Shown here: positions 22,857-36,230 of the stretch, one piece after another
How positions within the stretch are numbered: the stretch's first letter is position 1
Layout: every line of letters starts with the position of its first letter
NCBI GenBank assembly: GCA_973895155.1
Contig: OZ316891.1
Location: 26,467,972-26,531,971 of the forward strand
Direction: 5' to 3'
DNA from: Marsupella aquatica
Lineage: Eukaryota; Plantae; Marchantiophyta
Length of the DNA stretch: 64,000 nt
Notes under the pieces: model-generated
The model's input: the letters and a program-made list of their open reading frames with translations, nothing else
What the model was told of the DNA's origin: nothing
Database searches by the model: none
Translations under genes and position numbers: made by a program

Positions 22857-24205
22857 CTCCTTTGATTGATTACTACCTTCTTCCTTAGAGTGGCCACTAA
22901 CATCCTCACTGCCTGACTGAACCGATGCCACCTCGCTCACCCCCTTCTTCCCTGGAGTAGTCCTCCCAGAAGTTTGACTCAAACTTTCTTTTTGCCGAAA
23001 AGTGGCCAAAGCCTTCCATGCAATGATGTACCTCTGGTTGATAGTGTCTCTCCACAAGGCGGCCTCCTCCGATGATCGCAACTCTAAGGGTAAGCTTTGA
23101 CCGCTGGCCAAAGTTGACATGGGTTTGACCAACCTTGGTGGCATACCGGTGAGACCATGACTAGCTAGTGCATCTCGTAATGTCTTACGAGTCACCTTCA
23201 ATTTTCTCTCCAGGTTTTTGTACTTCTCCTTGTCCTTCTTGGCAACCTCCAACAGGGGTCCATAAGTTTGGTAAGCTCTATGACCACAACGTCGACTGCA
23301 AAGTTTAATGCTTCTTGCAAAATTTCTATTTCCGGGGCAATCGTAGGGGTAGCACTGGGTGGACAAGGGCCCTTCCTCTTTCCAAGGCTTAAAATCTCAG
23401 CCCTCTTGTTTCTGGTCTCATAAGCATTTACTTGGCTATGGAGGTTCAAAATCTGCTTCTTGAGGGTCTCACTTTTTCCCAATGATTTCTTCAGGCTTAC
23501 TATTTCCCCCTTTCAGGTCACAACCTCTTCTGCTTCCTTGGTCTTGGTGGCCAATACTTCTTGCAAGTGAGTAACCTCCTCATTGGTCTGCTTTAGGGTG
23601 TCCTTGTTCAACGAGATGACCTCCTCCAACGCTGCAATCTTGGCATTGGCCTGGTCAAGGTCTTCTTTTATAGTCTGCCATAGCATCAACCCCGTGTGGA
23701 TACTCGTACAAAAATCTCGTAGTTTAGCCAAGTATACCTCCAGAATGTCATACTCAATGGCCTCCTCCGGATTGCCGACCAGGCCCTCTAGCCACTCCAA
23801 TGTATACTCCTGATCATCCTCCTCCGAGTCATCTAATGCGTCTATGGTAATTGTAGATGCTGACACCGTAGGTGCCCTCTGGGCCATTATCTCAATGACT
23901 GTGGTAGCTACCCTTCTCACTTTGGTTGAGAAGGAAGGCAACACTCCCCCCTCAACTGGTAGAGGCGTGGGATCGGTATCAGTCCCTCAGGCTGAGCCAA
24001 GATGAAGGATCCAATCACATGAATGATCCCGTCTGGCTTGAGACTCCGGGGATCCGCAGCCAAGGCCTTTCTCACACCGTATGCCCACCAACCATATGCA
24101 TGCTCCAGGTGGCCCTTAATATCCATTGCGATGGCCAGATGCTCTCCATCATGAAACCAGATTGTGGTCGATTGAGGATCCGCCGGTGCACCTTCCCTAC
24201 AAACC
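22857..24205 (-). pseudogene. Degenerate coiled-coil accessory-type ORF, probably TE-derived, truncated by the chromovirus LTR
   Basis: Overlapping minus-strand ORFs 23917-24237, 23513-23944, 23198-23482 and 22854-23366 give an acidic plus coiled-coil protein broken by frameshifts. Confidence 0.45.
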
Positions 24206-26455
24206 AGTGGTGGCCCTCCCACCACGTGCCCGTCCAAACTCGTTTCTCATCCTTGAAACAAGTTGAACCTTGCACTAACACGGAATGTTGGGGCAAGTTC
24301 TCCCCGACTATACTCCTTGTCTTCAGCGACCCCTCCCATACGAAGCCGCACTTGCCCTTGTCAGCACAACCATCGCTCAACGGTCTTTGCTATCTGCACA
24401 AGCAACCAACCAACCGGTAAGAACTTGTCTTGATCTCGGAACTCCCAAGACCCTTGTCTTGCCTCAAGCTCAACAGTCGTTAGTAAGTAGGTCAACGGAT
24501 AGAGCCTCCCAGGCCCGCATGGCCTTGCCATAAGCTGAAACTAAGGTCGATATCATTGTTCGTCTGGAATAGTCTATCTACCGGATGTCGCCCAAGCTTC
24601 CCCACTTTCTACCCATCAATGGCTGACCGCCCTGCCTCCAGGACATGCCCATGGCCCAAACTCAGTTTGTCACAAACTAGTAGTAACACGTCGGGACCAT
24701 TTAGTTTCTAGATCTTAGCCACCTCTCTGCGAAACCGGGTTCCGCTCAACCTCTCACCATGCATCGGGACCAGATCTCAATGGCAGCCCCCAGAGTCTAC
24801 TTGGTTCTATCTCTCCAACATCAGGTCCCCGTGGGAACCAAATGCGGTTTGGTCACTGTTCGACTTCGGATCGGCAAGAGGGACTCCTCCCATTGCAAGC
24901 CTCAAAACCAAAATCATTCAATGCACAATCAGAGAGCACCATGAGGTATCTTTCTTCATTAGCTTTCCAACGAGCCCAAGAACTCCCCCAACGGAGATCC
25001 GGTCGTCGAGTTATGTTTGTTTCCGCTTCAAAACTCGAAACGACGTATCTTCGTTGATCGCGATAAGCTCGAGCTCAAACTTGAGAGGACCACTCCCCTC
25101 ATATATGCTTCTGGGGACCTGCCACCCCCGGACCAGCTTTGGTCCCCTATCTTTGGCCCCCTACCCGAGGGTCCGTGGGCCCCGCCACTTAGCTCGAAAC
25201 GAAGATAATTGAAAACCTTCTGTAACTTGGCCTCGAGCGCAAATTGTGGCATAAGGGGCTAAAAGTTATGGCCCTAACCCCGCTCTGGTCCAGGCAACCC
25301 CCCTGGTCCAGGCAACCCCTTCTTGGTCCATCGATGCGCGGCGACTCTAATCGAGTCTAAATCGGCCATAACTTTTGGCCCCTAGGTCCGTTGGCCAAAA
25401 AATATGCGGCCCCATGATCAGGCTCATGTGGGGCTTCTCAGGCCCCTATGGTGATCCGTTGGAAAAATAGTTCATTTTTCCGTGATCGGCAACGGGCCCA
25501 AACTACAAGCATGCGGCTTGAGTCGGCCATAACTTTTGGCCCCTGGGTCCGTTGGCCGAGAAATATGCGACCCCATGATCGGGCTCATGTGGGGCTTCTC
25601 AGGCCCCTATGGTGATCCGTTGGAAAAATAGTTCATTTTTCCGTGATCGGCAACGGGCCCAAGCTACAAGCATGCGGCTTGAGTCGGCCATAACTTTTGG
25701 CCCCTGGGTCCGTTAGCCGAGAAATATGCGACCCCATGATCGGGCTCATGTGGGGCTTCTCGGGCCCCTATGGTGATCCGTGGGAAAAATAGTCCATTTT
25801 TCCATGATCGGCAACGGGCCCAAACTACAAGCATGCGGCTTGAGTCGGCCATAACTTTTGGCCCCTGGGTCCGTTGGCCGAGAAATATGCGGCCCCATGA
25901 TCGGGCTCATGTGGGGCTTCTCGGGCCCCTATGGTGATCCGTTGGATCGGCAACGGGCCCAAACTACAAGCATGCGGCTTGAGTCGGCCATAACTTTTGG
26001 CCCCTGGGTCCGTTGGCCGAGAAATATGCGGCCCCATGATCGGGCTCATGTGGGGCTTCTCGGGCCCCTATGGTGATCCGTTGGAAAAATAGTTTATTTT
26101 TCCATGATCGGCAACGGGCCCAAACTACAAGCATGCGGCTTGAGTCGGCCATAACTTTTGGCCCCTGGGTCCGTTGGCCGAGAAATATGCAGCCCCATGA
26201 TTGGGCTCATGTGGGGCTTCTCGGGCCCCTATAGTGATCCGTCAGAAAAATAGATCATATTTCCGTGATCGGCAATGGGCCCAATAAAGTTAAGTGGAGC
26301 GCGCTTTTCTCAAGTCTTGTCCTTGCTCTTACTAGCCTCCTCTTTGTTAGTTGCATCCCTAATGGCCATGATGGTAGCAAATCTAAGAGGGGCTCAACGC
26401 TGGAGTTAGGCAACACCGGAGCAATTACGAGTGGGTGAAAGTTGTAGTCGCGACT
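24206..26455 (-). repeat. 3' LTR of the chromovirus (2250 bp, six 161-bp units)
   Basis: Near-identical to 32046-34157. The PPT (minus strand aaaaagggggggtg) is adjacent at 26458-26471. Confidence 0.93.
25362..26285. repeat. 161-bp tandem array inside the LTR
   Basis: tcggccataacttttggcccc starts at 25362, 25523, 25684, 25845, 25984 and 26145. One unit is 139 bp. Confidence 0.95.
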
Positions 26456-26887
26456 TGCACCCCCCCTTTTTGAATGGTTGACGTCCGCGTCAACCGAATG
26501 GGGACCATACCACACGCCTAGACCAATTGGCGTCTAGAAGGTGATGGAAGGTAACAAGTGGTCCGTCCTATAAGGTAGACACGGACCTAGTTGAAGTGCG
26601 CATCTCAAGTCTTAGAGAAATTCAACTTATCTAACAAACGAGTTAGATGTCAGTATGCTTGGGCAAGCCGACTCCTTGTCCAACAAACCCATCAATCTTC
26701 CCCAGAGATAGCTCCCACAGGTTTGATCAAACTTGCTTACAATGTAATGCAAGTACCAAATAGCTTAAACATAAGGATAGCAAAGTGGTTGCCCAACAAC
26801 CACTAATTCGTGCAGGTTTGAGAACACTCTCAAGAGGCTAAGTGTGGTGAAACCAGGATACAACTTGCTTAGGTAATTGCAATCGCC

Positions 26888-29800
26888 CTACTTCAATAAG
26901 GGGGGCAAGCCGCTCCGCTTACGATAGCTTGCAAGGATATTGGGACTGTGTTTTAGATTATCTTCGGGCTCCCATGTGCTTTCCGTTTGGTCGTATCCAG
27001 ACCATTTAACCAAATATTCAAGCATTTGCTTTCCGAGTCGACGCTTGTATCGGTGATCAAGAATAGTCTCCACGACGTACTCCTCCACATCATCAACAAG
27101 CAAGGCATCGGGCCGGAGGACTTGTTGCCGATTTGGGTCCAAATCCTTTACAAATTTCTTGAGTCGGCTCACATGGTAACTTTTTCCCGTTCCTCTTGAA
27201 CCGGGCATGTCCAAAACTACAGAGACTGGATTATCCTTGTGGGCCCATCGCAAGATGCGATAGGGTCCTGCGTACCGGGGTGCTAACTTTCGACTTATCT
27301 TATCGTTGTATTGTTCGGATCTCAATTGCAACCAGACGCTCTCCCCAATTTCAAAGCTCACCTGGCGTCGATGCTTATCCCCTTGCTCCTTGTATCGACT
27401 TTGGGCAAGGGTCATCCCCTTGGTGGCTGCTTCCACCACTAGACGCCGCTCTCGAATGAATTCGTCTGCTGCAGGAACCTTGCTTTCCGTTCGCCAAGTA
27501 TCAGGATTTATGAACCAGGCCGGAGCTCTAGGTTTCCGGCCTGTGGCCAAAAAGAACGGTGAAAATCCTGTCACCGTATGCGTGGTCGAGTTATACCGAA
27601 ACTCGACCATAGTTAAGTGCGTTGACCAATCTTTTTGGTCAACACTCACAAAATGGCGTAAATACTCCTCAAGGACCAAATTCAGGCGCTCAGTCTGCCC
27701 ATCGGTTTCATGATGGTAAGCGGACCCTCTGGTAAGGTTTGTGCCTGATAACCGGAATAAAATTTTCCAGAAATGACCCGTGAATTTGGAGTCACGATCA
27801 GACAAGATGTGCAAAGGCAATCCCCAAAGTCTGAAGACGTGATTAAACACCATTGATGCTACTTCCCGTGCCGAAACTGTCTTGCGCGTAGGAAGGAAAA
27901 ATGCCATCTTAGAAAAACGATCGACGATTGTTAAGATGGCATCATAGCTATGGGATGATGGAAGACCTTGGATAAAATCCATGGAGATGGACTCCCAAGG
28001 TCCGGAAGCCACGGGTAAGGGTTGAAAGAGTCCTCCTTTTGCCTTGTAAACCGTTCGGTTTTTCTGGCATGAGTAACAACTTTGCACATGTTGGAGTACT
28101 GAATTTTTCATGTCTGGCCAATACACGTCGCGGGACATACTTGAATAAGTAGAATGTTGTCCCCCATGCCCACCCCAAGGCGAGTCATGGTACTTTCTCA
28201 GAACCTCTAATCTGAGTGACTCAGGAATGTAGACGCGACTTTGTTTGTATCGCCATAAATTGACATTATATTTCTTGTCCAACACCCAAGACATGTGCCG
28301 TATCTTTCCTTGGACACCCCCCTTTTGTTGCCAGTCTTGCGCAAGTCGGTCGCCCGCATATTGGGCAGCCAAGAGCATGGGCCATTCGGTTTCCAGCATT
28401 AAAATGCCATTGGCACGATGATGCTCTTGCCTGGAAAGTGCATCAGCAGCCTTATTAATATTCCCTGGGACATGTTGTACTTCGAAGTCAAAGTCTGCAA
28501 GGAACATTTGCCAGCGTATTTCTTTGGGACTCAATCGAGGCTTAGAATTGAAGTACCCTGCTGGCGAGCTATCTGAATGGACCACAAACTTAGGGCCGTT
28601 ACGTAGATAGAACTCCTACTTTTTGATTGCATGGATGACGGCATACAATTCACGTTCTGGGGTGATCCAATGATTCTCTAGCTTACAAGACTCAAAAGCT
28701 ACTGGGCGCCCGTCTTGATGAAGGCAAGCGCCAATAGCAAAATCAGAGGCATCGGTCCATATCTCAAATGGTTTTCCAACTTCCGGTAATTTGAGAACCG
28801 GAGGAGTCACCATCCGGCGCTTAAGTTCAAGAAATGCTATTTCGCAATCTTGGGTCCAAACAAACACTTTATTTTTCATTGTTAACATTGTTAACGGTCT
28901 AGAAAGGCGTGCAAAGCTGGATGTAACGTCGATAAAAACCCATAAATCCCAAAAAGGACCTGACCTGTTTGGCACTTGCGGGTCTTTCCCAATCACGGAT
29001 ATCAACGAGTTTGTCATGGCTTGGTTTGATGCCATCCTCGGTAAAGGTGTGCCCTAAAAATTGGATTTCATTCATGGCAAACTCACATTTGCTGGGTTTA
29101 GCAAAGAGATGAGCTTTGCGCAAGCGCCGAAGCACTTCCTTTAGTAATTGCTCATGCTCCTCCATGGTTTTTGAATAAATCAAGATGTCGTCAATGAAGA
29201 CAACCACTCCTTGATCCAACAAATCATGAAAAATTGTGTTCATCATTTTCATGAACGTGGCTGTGGCATTGCATAATCCAAATGGCATTACCAAATACTC
29301 AAAGGATCCAAACCTGGTACGCATGGCGGTTTTATATTCATCGCCTTTTGCCATACGAATCTGATAATAACCGGATCGTAAGTCTACCTTAGAAAACTTC
29401 CTAGCACCTGAGAGCAAGTCAAATAAATCATCCATATGAGGTAGCGGATAGCGATTCTTCACCGTTTGTTTGTTGAGGGCTCGATAATCAGCACAAAGTC
29501 GTAAGGTCCCGTCTTTCTTGGCCACAAATAGCGCGGGTGCACCATAAGGACTCTTACTAGGCCTGATAAACCCTTGATTAATCAATTCCTCCAATGCTTC
29601 CTTGAGCATTCCACGTTCGTTCAAGTTCAAACGGTAAGGGGCCTTTGCTTGAGGAGCCGAACCCGGTTCTAGCTCAACTTGGTGATCAACTTCTCTCCGT
29701 GGAGGTAATCCCTTAGGTAACTTTTGCGACAAGACATCACTGAATTCCTCCAAAATTTCAGGAATTCGTCCGCAATCGGGGCCAATCGTTGCTGTCTTAG

Positions 29801-31937
29801 ACTTATTCATAGAGCTCTTAGTTGGATGGAGATGAAAAAAGAAACATTCATGTCCACCCTTGAAGTCCTTCCACCATTGCTTGGCCGAAATACAAGGGGT
29901 CAACCATGACACTGTACTTACTTGGAGAAACTTTTCTTTATTCTCAGAAATTTCATGTACAATGATGGGATTACCTCCCGTACTCGGGAAAATCAGCAAT
30001 TCCTTGCTAGGTTGAAGAGTAATATTATGCTTACGGAGGTAGCCTATAGACAATATAAATTCTACCTCCAAGCCATCTAAAACAAAGAACCTTTCCTGGC
30101 TTACAAAATTCCTATCTTCGCCAACAACTTCTACTTTGAGATGTCTGACTACTTTTGAAACTAATCCTTGGGTGTCATTGGCAAACTTACACACCAAGGG
30201 ATCTAACAACTCGTGTACTGTTGCTCCGCTGCGTTCGACTGCCGCCTTGCTTATGAAGTTGGCAGTCGCACCTGAATCAATCAAAGCAACACCCCGACAA
30301 TTGTTAGCTAACGTTTCAATTAGGATAAGTTTGGCAGGATCGTCTACCTTTGCATCAATAATCTTCTCTAGCAACACTTCGTCTATATCAGTGATGGAAT
30401 TACCGTCGGGAGCTCTAGCATCTAATAGAGGATTGGTTAGAGCGATACTCACCTTAATGCTTTTAGCCCCCGCATCCAAATTAGGTTTGGCGCCCTTGCG
30501 TGGACACTCCTTACTTAGATGACCAGGCTCGCCACATTCGAAGCAAAGCCCTTCCAACTTGCGTTTTTCCTTGATTGCTTCACGTTTTGCTTTTTCAGAT
30601 GATGATTGACCTGGCCTGGGCAAAAACTTCCGTCCACGTTTGGGGTGGACGGAAGGTCCATGAGAGTTTGCACCTGAACTCGGTCACTCTGGTTGCTTAC
30701 GCTTAGCACCAAAAACTTTGAGTTTCTTACTCTCCGCCAGCTCGGATTGCTCTTTGCCACCAACCTTAGCCAAACCAGGACGATTGTTCACCAACGTCGT
30801 GGCTCGGTCAAAGGCATTAGTGAGTTGTTTAAACTCATGCTGCCTATCTTGCAATTTCTCGCGGAGCAACGGTGGAAGCTTGACAATGAAATTATGCAAT
30901 TGCGTTGAAAGGGTTTCATCCCCTTCCGGAATACACGCCAATTGCATCTGATAGTAGGCGATATACTTTTGTATATCACCTCTATAAGTCATTTCAGAGA
31001 CACACTTCTTTGCATGTCGCTCCGGATACTTGGTGGTGACATTGAGTCAGAGACCTTCAACCATGTCTTTCCAAACGAGCGGTTGACCACTAGCCTCGAG
31101 GGTCTTTGCCCAAGACTTGTACCAAGTTAAGGCATACTCTCGCAGATACGGGGCGGCAGCGGAGGCCCAAGTGGATGGGGCAGCACATGCTTGGAGATGG
31201 ATCTCCATAGTAGTGAGCCATTGCCGAAACTTTTGTCCACTTTGTTCATAGGCTCCATCATAAGTTGGGGGTGTGGGCAACTGATTGACTTGCACCATAC
31301 CCCGTCTATTAGGCCAGTCACCCTCGTCGCTTTTGGCAAGTTCTTTGCCCAAGTTTAAAATGTAAATTAACTGGGCATTTTTGTCAACATCAAGCGCCAA
31401 ATAAATTTGGCGCTGCTCGGCGGTTAGCTGGTCCAAGAAGGTCACGGGCCTACTTGGTAACATGGTTGTGCCTGATGAATGTCTCTCCTTTGGTCTCCTT
31501 TCTCGAGTCCCCGGTTCCTCCTCTAAAAAGGCTTCCTTGACTGGTGGGGGCTCAGAATCACCCGCAATGTCCTCACCATCAAGCCCCAGATTGTCCATAA
31601 TCAAATCATCATCCTACTCATCATCTGAAAAGTCAAGCTCGTGAGCGGCAGGGCTAACTTCCTCTTTTTCAAAGTAGTTAGCCCGTGGATCGCCAAGGCT
31701 TGCGACGCTAGCGGGGGTCGTATCAATTGCCTTACTCTTACGTCGCTGTCCAGAGATTTCCGACAAAGTAAGAGGGTCAGAATGAAGCTCCCCTACTGAC
31801 GTCCCACTCATTGGAGTGAATGGAGGGGCCTGAGCCACTTCAGCCATTGATTTTGGCTTGATACGTCGCTTTCGCCCTTCCCCCTTGGCCATCCCAAGAT
31901 CGATTGCAAATGCTTTCAGTCGCACCACCAAGCCCAA
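26888..31937 (-). pseudogene. gag-pol polyprotein of the chromovirus (few stops or frameshifts)
   Basis: Zinc knuckle CFECGEPGHLSKEC; protease LIDSGA; RT VFIDD; RNase H TDASDFAIGA; integrase HDSPWGGH/CYSC/SMDF/SDRD/GQTE/GPY; chromodomain EYVVETILDHR...YLVKWSGY...TWEPEDNL. Confidence 0.95.
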
Positions 31938-32031
31938 GCCGTTAAGATAAGGCCCCCCAAAAAAAAATGCTTATTTTCTTTTGGATTTTGATTTAACTTG
32001 ACGTTTGGCCCCGGCGTCTATGAAAGCGTAT

Positions 32032-32043
32032 GCTCTGATACCA
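32032..32043 (-). promoter_or_regulatory. Primer-binding site for initiator tRNA-Met
   Basis: gctctgatacca is the reverse complement of TGGTATCAGAGC. It lies 2 nt from the LTR end. Confidence 0.95.
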
Positions 32044-32045
32044 CA

Positions 32046-34157
32046 AGTGATGGCCCTCCCACCACGTGCCCGTCCAAACTCATTTCTCAGCCTTGAAACA
32101 AGTCGAACCTTGCACTAACACGGAATGTTGGGGCAAGTTCTCCCCGACTATACTCCTTGTCGTCAACGACCCCTCCCATACGAAGCCGCACTTGCCCTCG
32201 TCAGCACAACCGTTGCTCAACGGTCTTTGCTATCTGCACAAGCAACCAACCAACCGGTAAGAACTTGTCTTGATCTCGGAACTCCCAAGACCCTTGTCTT
32301 GCCTCAAGCTCAACAGTCGTTAGTAAGTAGGTCAACGGATAGAGCCTCCCAGGCCCGCATGGCCTTGCCATAAGCTGAAACTAAGGTCGACATCACTGTT
32401 CGTCCAGAACAGTCTATCTACCGGATGTCGCCCAAGCTTCCCCACTTTCTACCCGTCAATGGCTGACCGCCCTGCCTCCAGGACATGCCCATGGCCCAAA
32501 CTCAGTTTGTCACAAACTAGTAGTAACACGCCGGGACCATTCAGTTTCTAGATCTTAGCCACCTCTCTGCGAAACCGGGTTCCGCTCAACCTCTCACCAT
32601 GCATCGGGACCAGATCTCAATGGCAGCCCCCAGAGTCTACTTGGTTCTACCTCTCCAACATCAGGTCCCCGTGGGAACCAAATGCGGTTTGGTCACTGTT
32701 CGACTTCGGATCGGCAAGAGGGACTCCTCCCATTGCAAGCCTCAAAACCAAAATCATCCAATGCACAATCAGAGAGCACCATGAGGTAGCTTTCTTCATT
32801 AGCTTTCCAACAAGCCCAAGAGCTCCCCAAACGGAGATCCGGTCGTCGAGTTATGTTTGTTTCCGCTTCAAAACTCGAAACGACGTATCTTCGTTGATCG
32901 CGATCAGCTCGAGCTCAAACTTGAGAGGACCACTCCCCTCATATATGCTTCTGGGGACCTGCCACCCCCAGACCAGCTTTGGTCCCCTATCTTTGGCCCC
33001 CTACCCGAGGGTCCGTGGGCCCTGCCACTTAGCTCGAAACGAAGATAATTGAAAACCTTCTGTAACTTGGCCTCGAGCGCAAATTGTGGCATAAGGGGCT
33101 AAAAGTTACGGCCCTAACCCCGCTCTGGTCCAGGCAACCCCCCCTGGTCCAGGCAACCCCCTCTTGGTCCATCGATGCGCGGCGACTCTAATCGAGTCTA
33201 AATCGGCCATAACTTTTGGCCCCTAGGTCCGTTGGCCAAAAAATATGCGGCCCCATGATCGGGCTCATGTGGGGCTTCTCAGGCCCCTATGGTGATCCGT
33301 TGGAAAAATAGTTCATTTTTCCGTGATCGGCAACGGGCCCAAGCTACAAGCATGCGGCTTGAGTCTGCCATAACTTTTGGCCCCTGGGTCCGTTGGCCGA
33401 GAAATATGCGGCCCCATGATCGGGCTCATGCGGGGCTTCTCGGGCCCCTATGGTGATCCGTTGGAAAAATAGTTCATTTTTCCATGATCGGCAACGGGCC
33501 CAAACTACAAGCATGCGGCTTGAGTCGGCCATAACTTTTGGCCCCTGGGTCCGTTGGCCGAGAAATATGCGGCCCCATGATCGGGCTCATGTGGGGCTTC
33601 TCGGGCCCCTATGGTGATCCGTGGGGAAAATAGTCCATTTTTCCATGATCGGCAACGGGCCCAAACTACAAGCATGCGGCTTGAGTCGGCCATAACTTTT
33701 GGCCCCTGGGTCCGTTGGCCGAGAAATATGCGGCCCCATGATCGGGCTCATGTGGGGCTTCTCGGGCCCCTATGGTGATCCGTTGGAAAAATAGTGTATT
33801 TTTCCATGATCGGCAACGGGCCCAAACTACAAGCATGCGGCTTGAGTCGGCCATAACTTTTGGCCCCTGGGTCCGTTGGCCGAGAAATATGCGGCCCCAT
33901 GATCGGGCTCATGTGGGGCTTCTCAGGCCCCTATAGTGATCCGTCAGAAAAATAGATCATATTTCCGTGATCGGCAATTGGCCCAATAAAGTTAAGTGGA
34001 GCGCACTTTTCTCAAGTCTTGTCCTTGCTCTTACTAGCCTCCTCTTTGTTAGTTGCATCCCTAATGGCCATGATGGTAGAAAATCTAAGAGGGGCTCAAC
34101 GCTGGAGTTAGGCAACGCCGGAGCAATTACGAGTGGGTGAAAGTTGTAGTCGTGACT
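32046..34157 (-). repeat. 5' LTR of the chromovirus (2112 bp, five 161-bp units)
   Basis: Homologous to 24206-26455. Units start near 33203, 33364, 33525, 33686 and 33847. Confidence 0.93.
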
Positions 34158-34329
34158 TCATGCCCAAGCGGGAATGGAGAATGAAGCATAGTAAAAAAAG
34201 TGGAGGGTTTAAGTAGGCTTACAACAGAGTGACCCTTTGGTCATTCCCCCTTCCAAGTCAAACCCTCTCCAATCCTTCTTGCTCATACCCCTCCAAGTGT
34301 AGCGACTATCATGGCTTGGGGTCATGCAC

Positions 34330-34457
34330 CAACTACTCCCATGACGAAGTGTCACATTTTTCAGAGCATCAACAATTCCCGTGAAAAAGTGTCACATTTT
34401 TCAGAGCATCAACTACTCCCGTGACAAATGACAAAGTATCCCATATTTCAGAGCACA
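34330..34457. repeat. 40-bp tandem repeat, ~3 copies
   Basis: aagtgtcacatttttcagagcatcaac(a/t)a(t/c)tcccgtga is repeated. Confidence 0.8.
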
Positions 34458-36230
34458 TTGTCCCTTAAAACGTGCCCAACCATTCTCGTTTTTTTCTCTC
34501 TTTCCAATGTTTTGTGTATATAGGGAGACGCGTTGGCTTGTCCTCCCTCCTCTTCTTTTATAAAACGTCTCGGGCTTGGCGCCCAGCCCCAGCCTTCCAA
34601 AAATAAGAACAAAAATGATTTATTCAAAAAATATCCTTGGCCTCATGCCCATCCGGGAGTCCTAAGAAAAACTAAATTTAGTCTCCCAAAAAACGCGCCC
34701 AGTCCCATGCGGCTCTTTCCCATGTATACACAAATCTCCGAACTCGCTTCCCTATGCAGAGGTCAACTCATTGCCGGCCCCTTTCTTCCTTTGTTGGCTC
34801 GCCCTGCCTTTCGGGGCTCTTATTGGGGTCCAGGACATTTAAATGCCCCTGGCTCACTTTTAGTTGGCACAAGGCCCTATGGGGCTCCTCCTAGCTCCCA
34901 AGGCCTTCCCCATGATTGAAGAATTTAATTTTTTTTCTCTCCCCCCTTCCTTGGCCTGCTCCTAGGGCTCCCGAGGTCTTCCCTGGGTTGGGGCTCACCT
35001 CCCTATGGGGAGGTCCCCCCCTTCGCCTTCTCCTGCCCCTCCCAACTCCCAAAATGCAGGGAGCCTTAATGCCCCCCTTGCCCGCTCTATCCCCTGGCGT
35101 GCATCCCTATGCGCCCCCCAAGCCATGCTCGTAGCTCACCACCTGGGCGGGAGTATTAAATTCCCCCTCTACTCCGCTCAACGTCGGCTTGCGGCCTCAT
35201 GCTGCCGGGCTCCGCCCTCCTTCCGGGGTTCCCCTTTGGCTCTCCCCTACCGGGGCGTATGCGCACTCCCCTGCCCGGTCAACAGCCGGGCTCTTCCCTG
35301 GTCCTTAATAGAAGGGTTTTAAACCCCTTTAAAGCCCTCCAGCTTTATAAACAAAATTGGGCCTCCTAAAAGGGTCCCCCATAGCCGGGGTCCCAAAAAT
35401 TATGAGTGGTACCCCCTTAAGATGCCCAATTTTATGCCCTCCGACTTGGAATGGTTAGCATGAAAAACCACTAAGGAATAAAAACGAGTTACTACCCAAC
35501 TCCAAGGGCTCCACACCCTGGTTCACCATGAACTCATAATAGCATACTTAATTTAGTTATGCTAAAGAAAATATATATATTGGAAATAGGATATGCACAT
35601 CTGGCTTATTTACAAAAAAACCCTCATTAAACAACTAACGTTGGTCTTTGGCCCCGGGGACCCTTTTCACATCCGCTCATAAATAGCTCTAACTTCTTGA
35701 TGTTTTACTTCAACTGCATCATGAAAGCCCCATAAGACCTTCTTCTTTTCCTCATTAGTATCAAGGATTCTATACAGAATATGTCATTTTTTCAAAAATA
35801 TTTTTCATACGACACCATCTTTCAGCATGAACTTGTAATCCTTCTTTTGTAATTGCTGAAACTTATCCTTTGTCAATTCATAAGACCTTAAAAAAGTACT
35901 AAGATACCTTCCAATCAAAAACAACTATCCAAAATATGGTTAATCTTGAAATTGTAAAATATCAAATTCTCCACTCATTACTTGAACTGCTTCCATCTCA
36001 GTATGATCATATCAAGCTCTTGATAACATATCAGCTACCGGGTTATCTTTTCCAACAATGGTTTAAGGCTTAGGATTGATCATCCCGATAAAAGCTATCA
36101 AACATAACATGGCAATATCTAGAGTGTCACAATTAGCAATCATGCATAAAAGTGGTAAATAATTTGTCTCAAGAATGACTTGTGTTCCAATCAAGTAGAA
36201 TTTTTATTGACACAAAGCTATTCTTGCATC

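Larger units (their letters stand above)
24206..34157 (-). mobile_element. Near-full-length Ty3/gypsy chromovirus (~9.95 kb)
   Basis: Two ~2.1-2.25 kb LTRs, a tRNA-iMet PBS, a PPT and the order gag-PR-RT-RH-IN-chromodomain. Confidence 0.97.

Noticed and set aside
25362-26285. Repeated 62-aa ORFs (MADSSRMLVVWARC...) as a peptide gene array
   Set aside because: By-product of the 161-bp LTR repeat. The unit length is not a multiple of 3 and there is no coding signature.
24208-34160. Canonical TG...CA termini for the chromovirus (TG at 24208, CA at 26459/34160)
   Set aside because: The CA positions differ between copies and give no TSD. AGT...ACT fits all three LTRs, the solo-LTR TSD and the PBS spacing.
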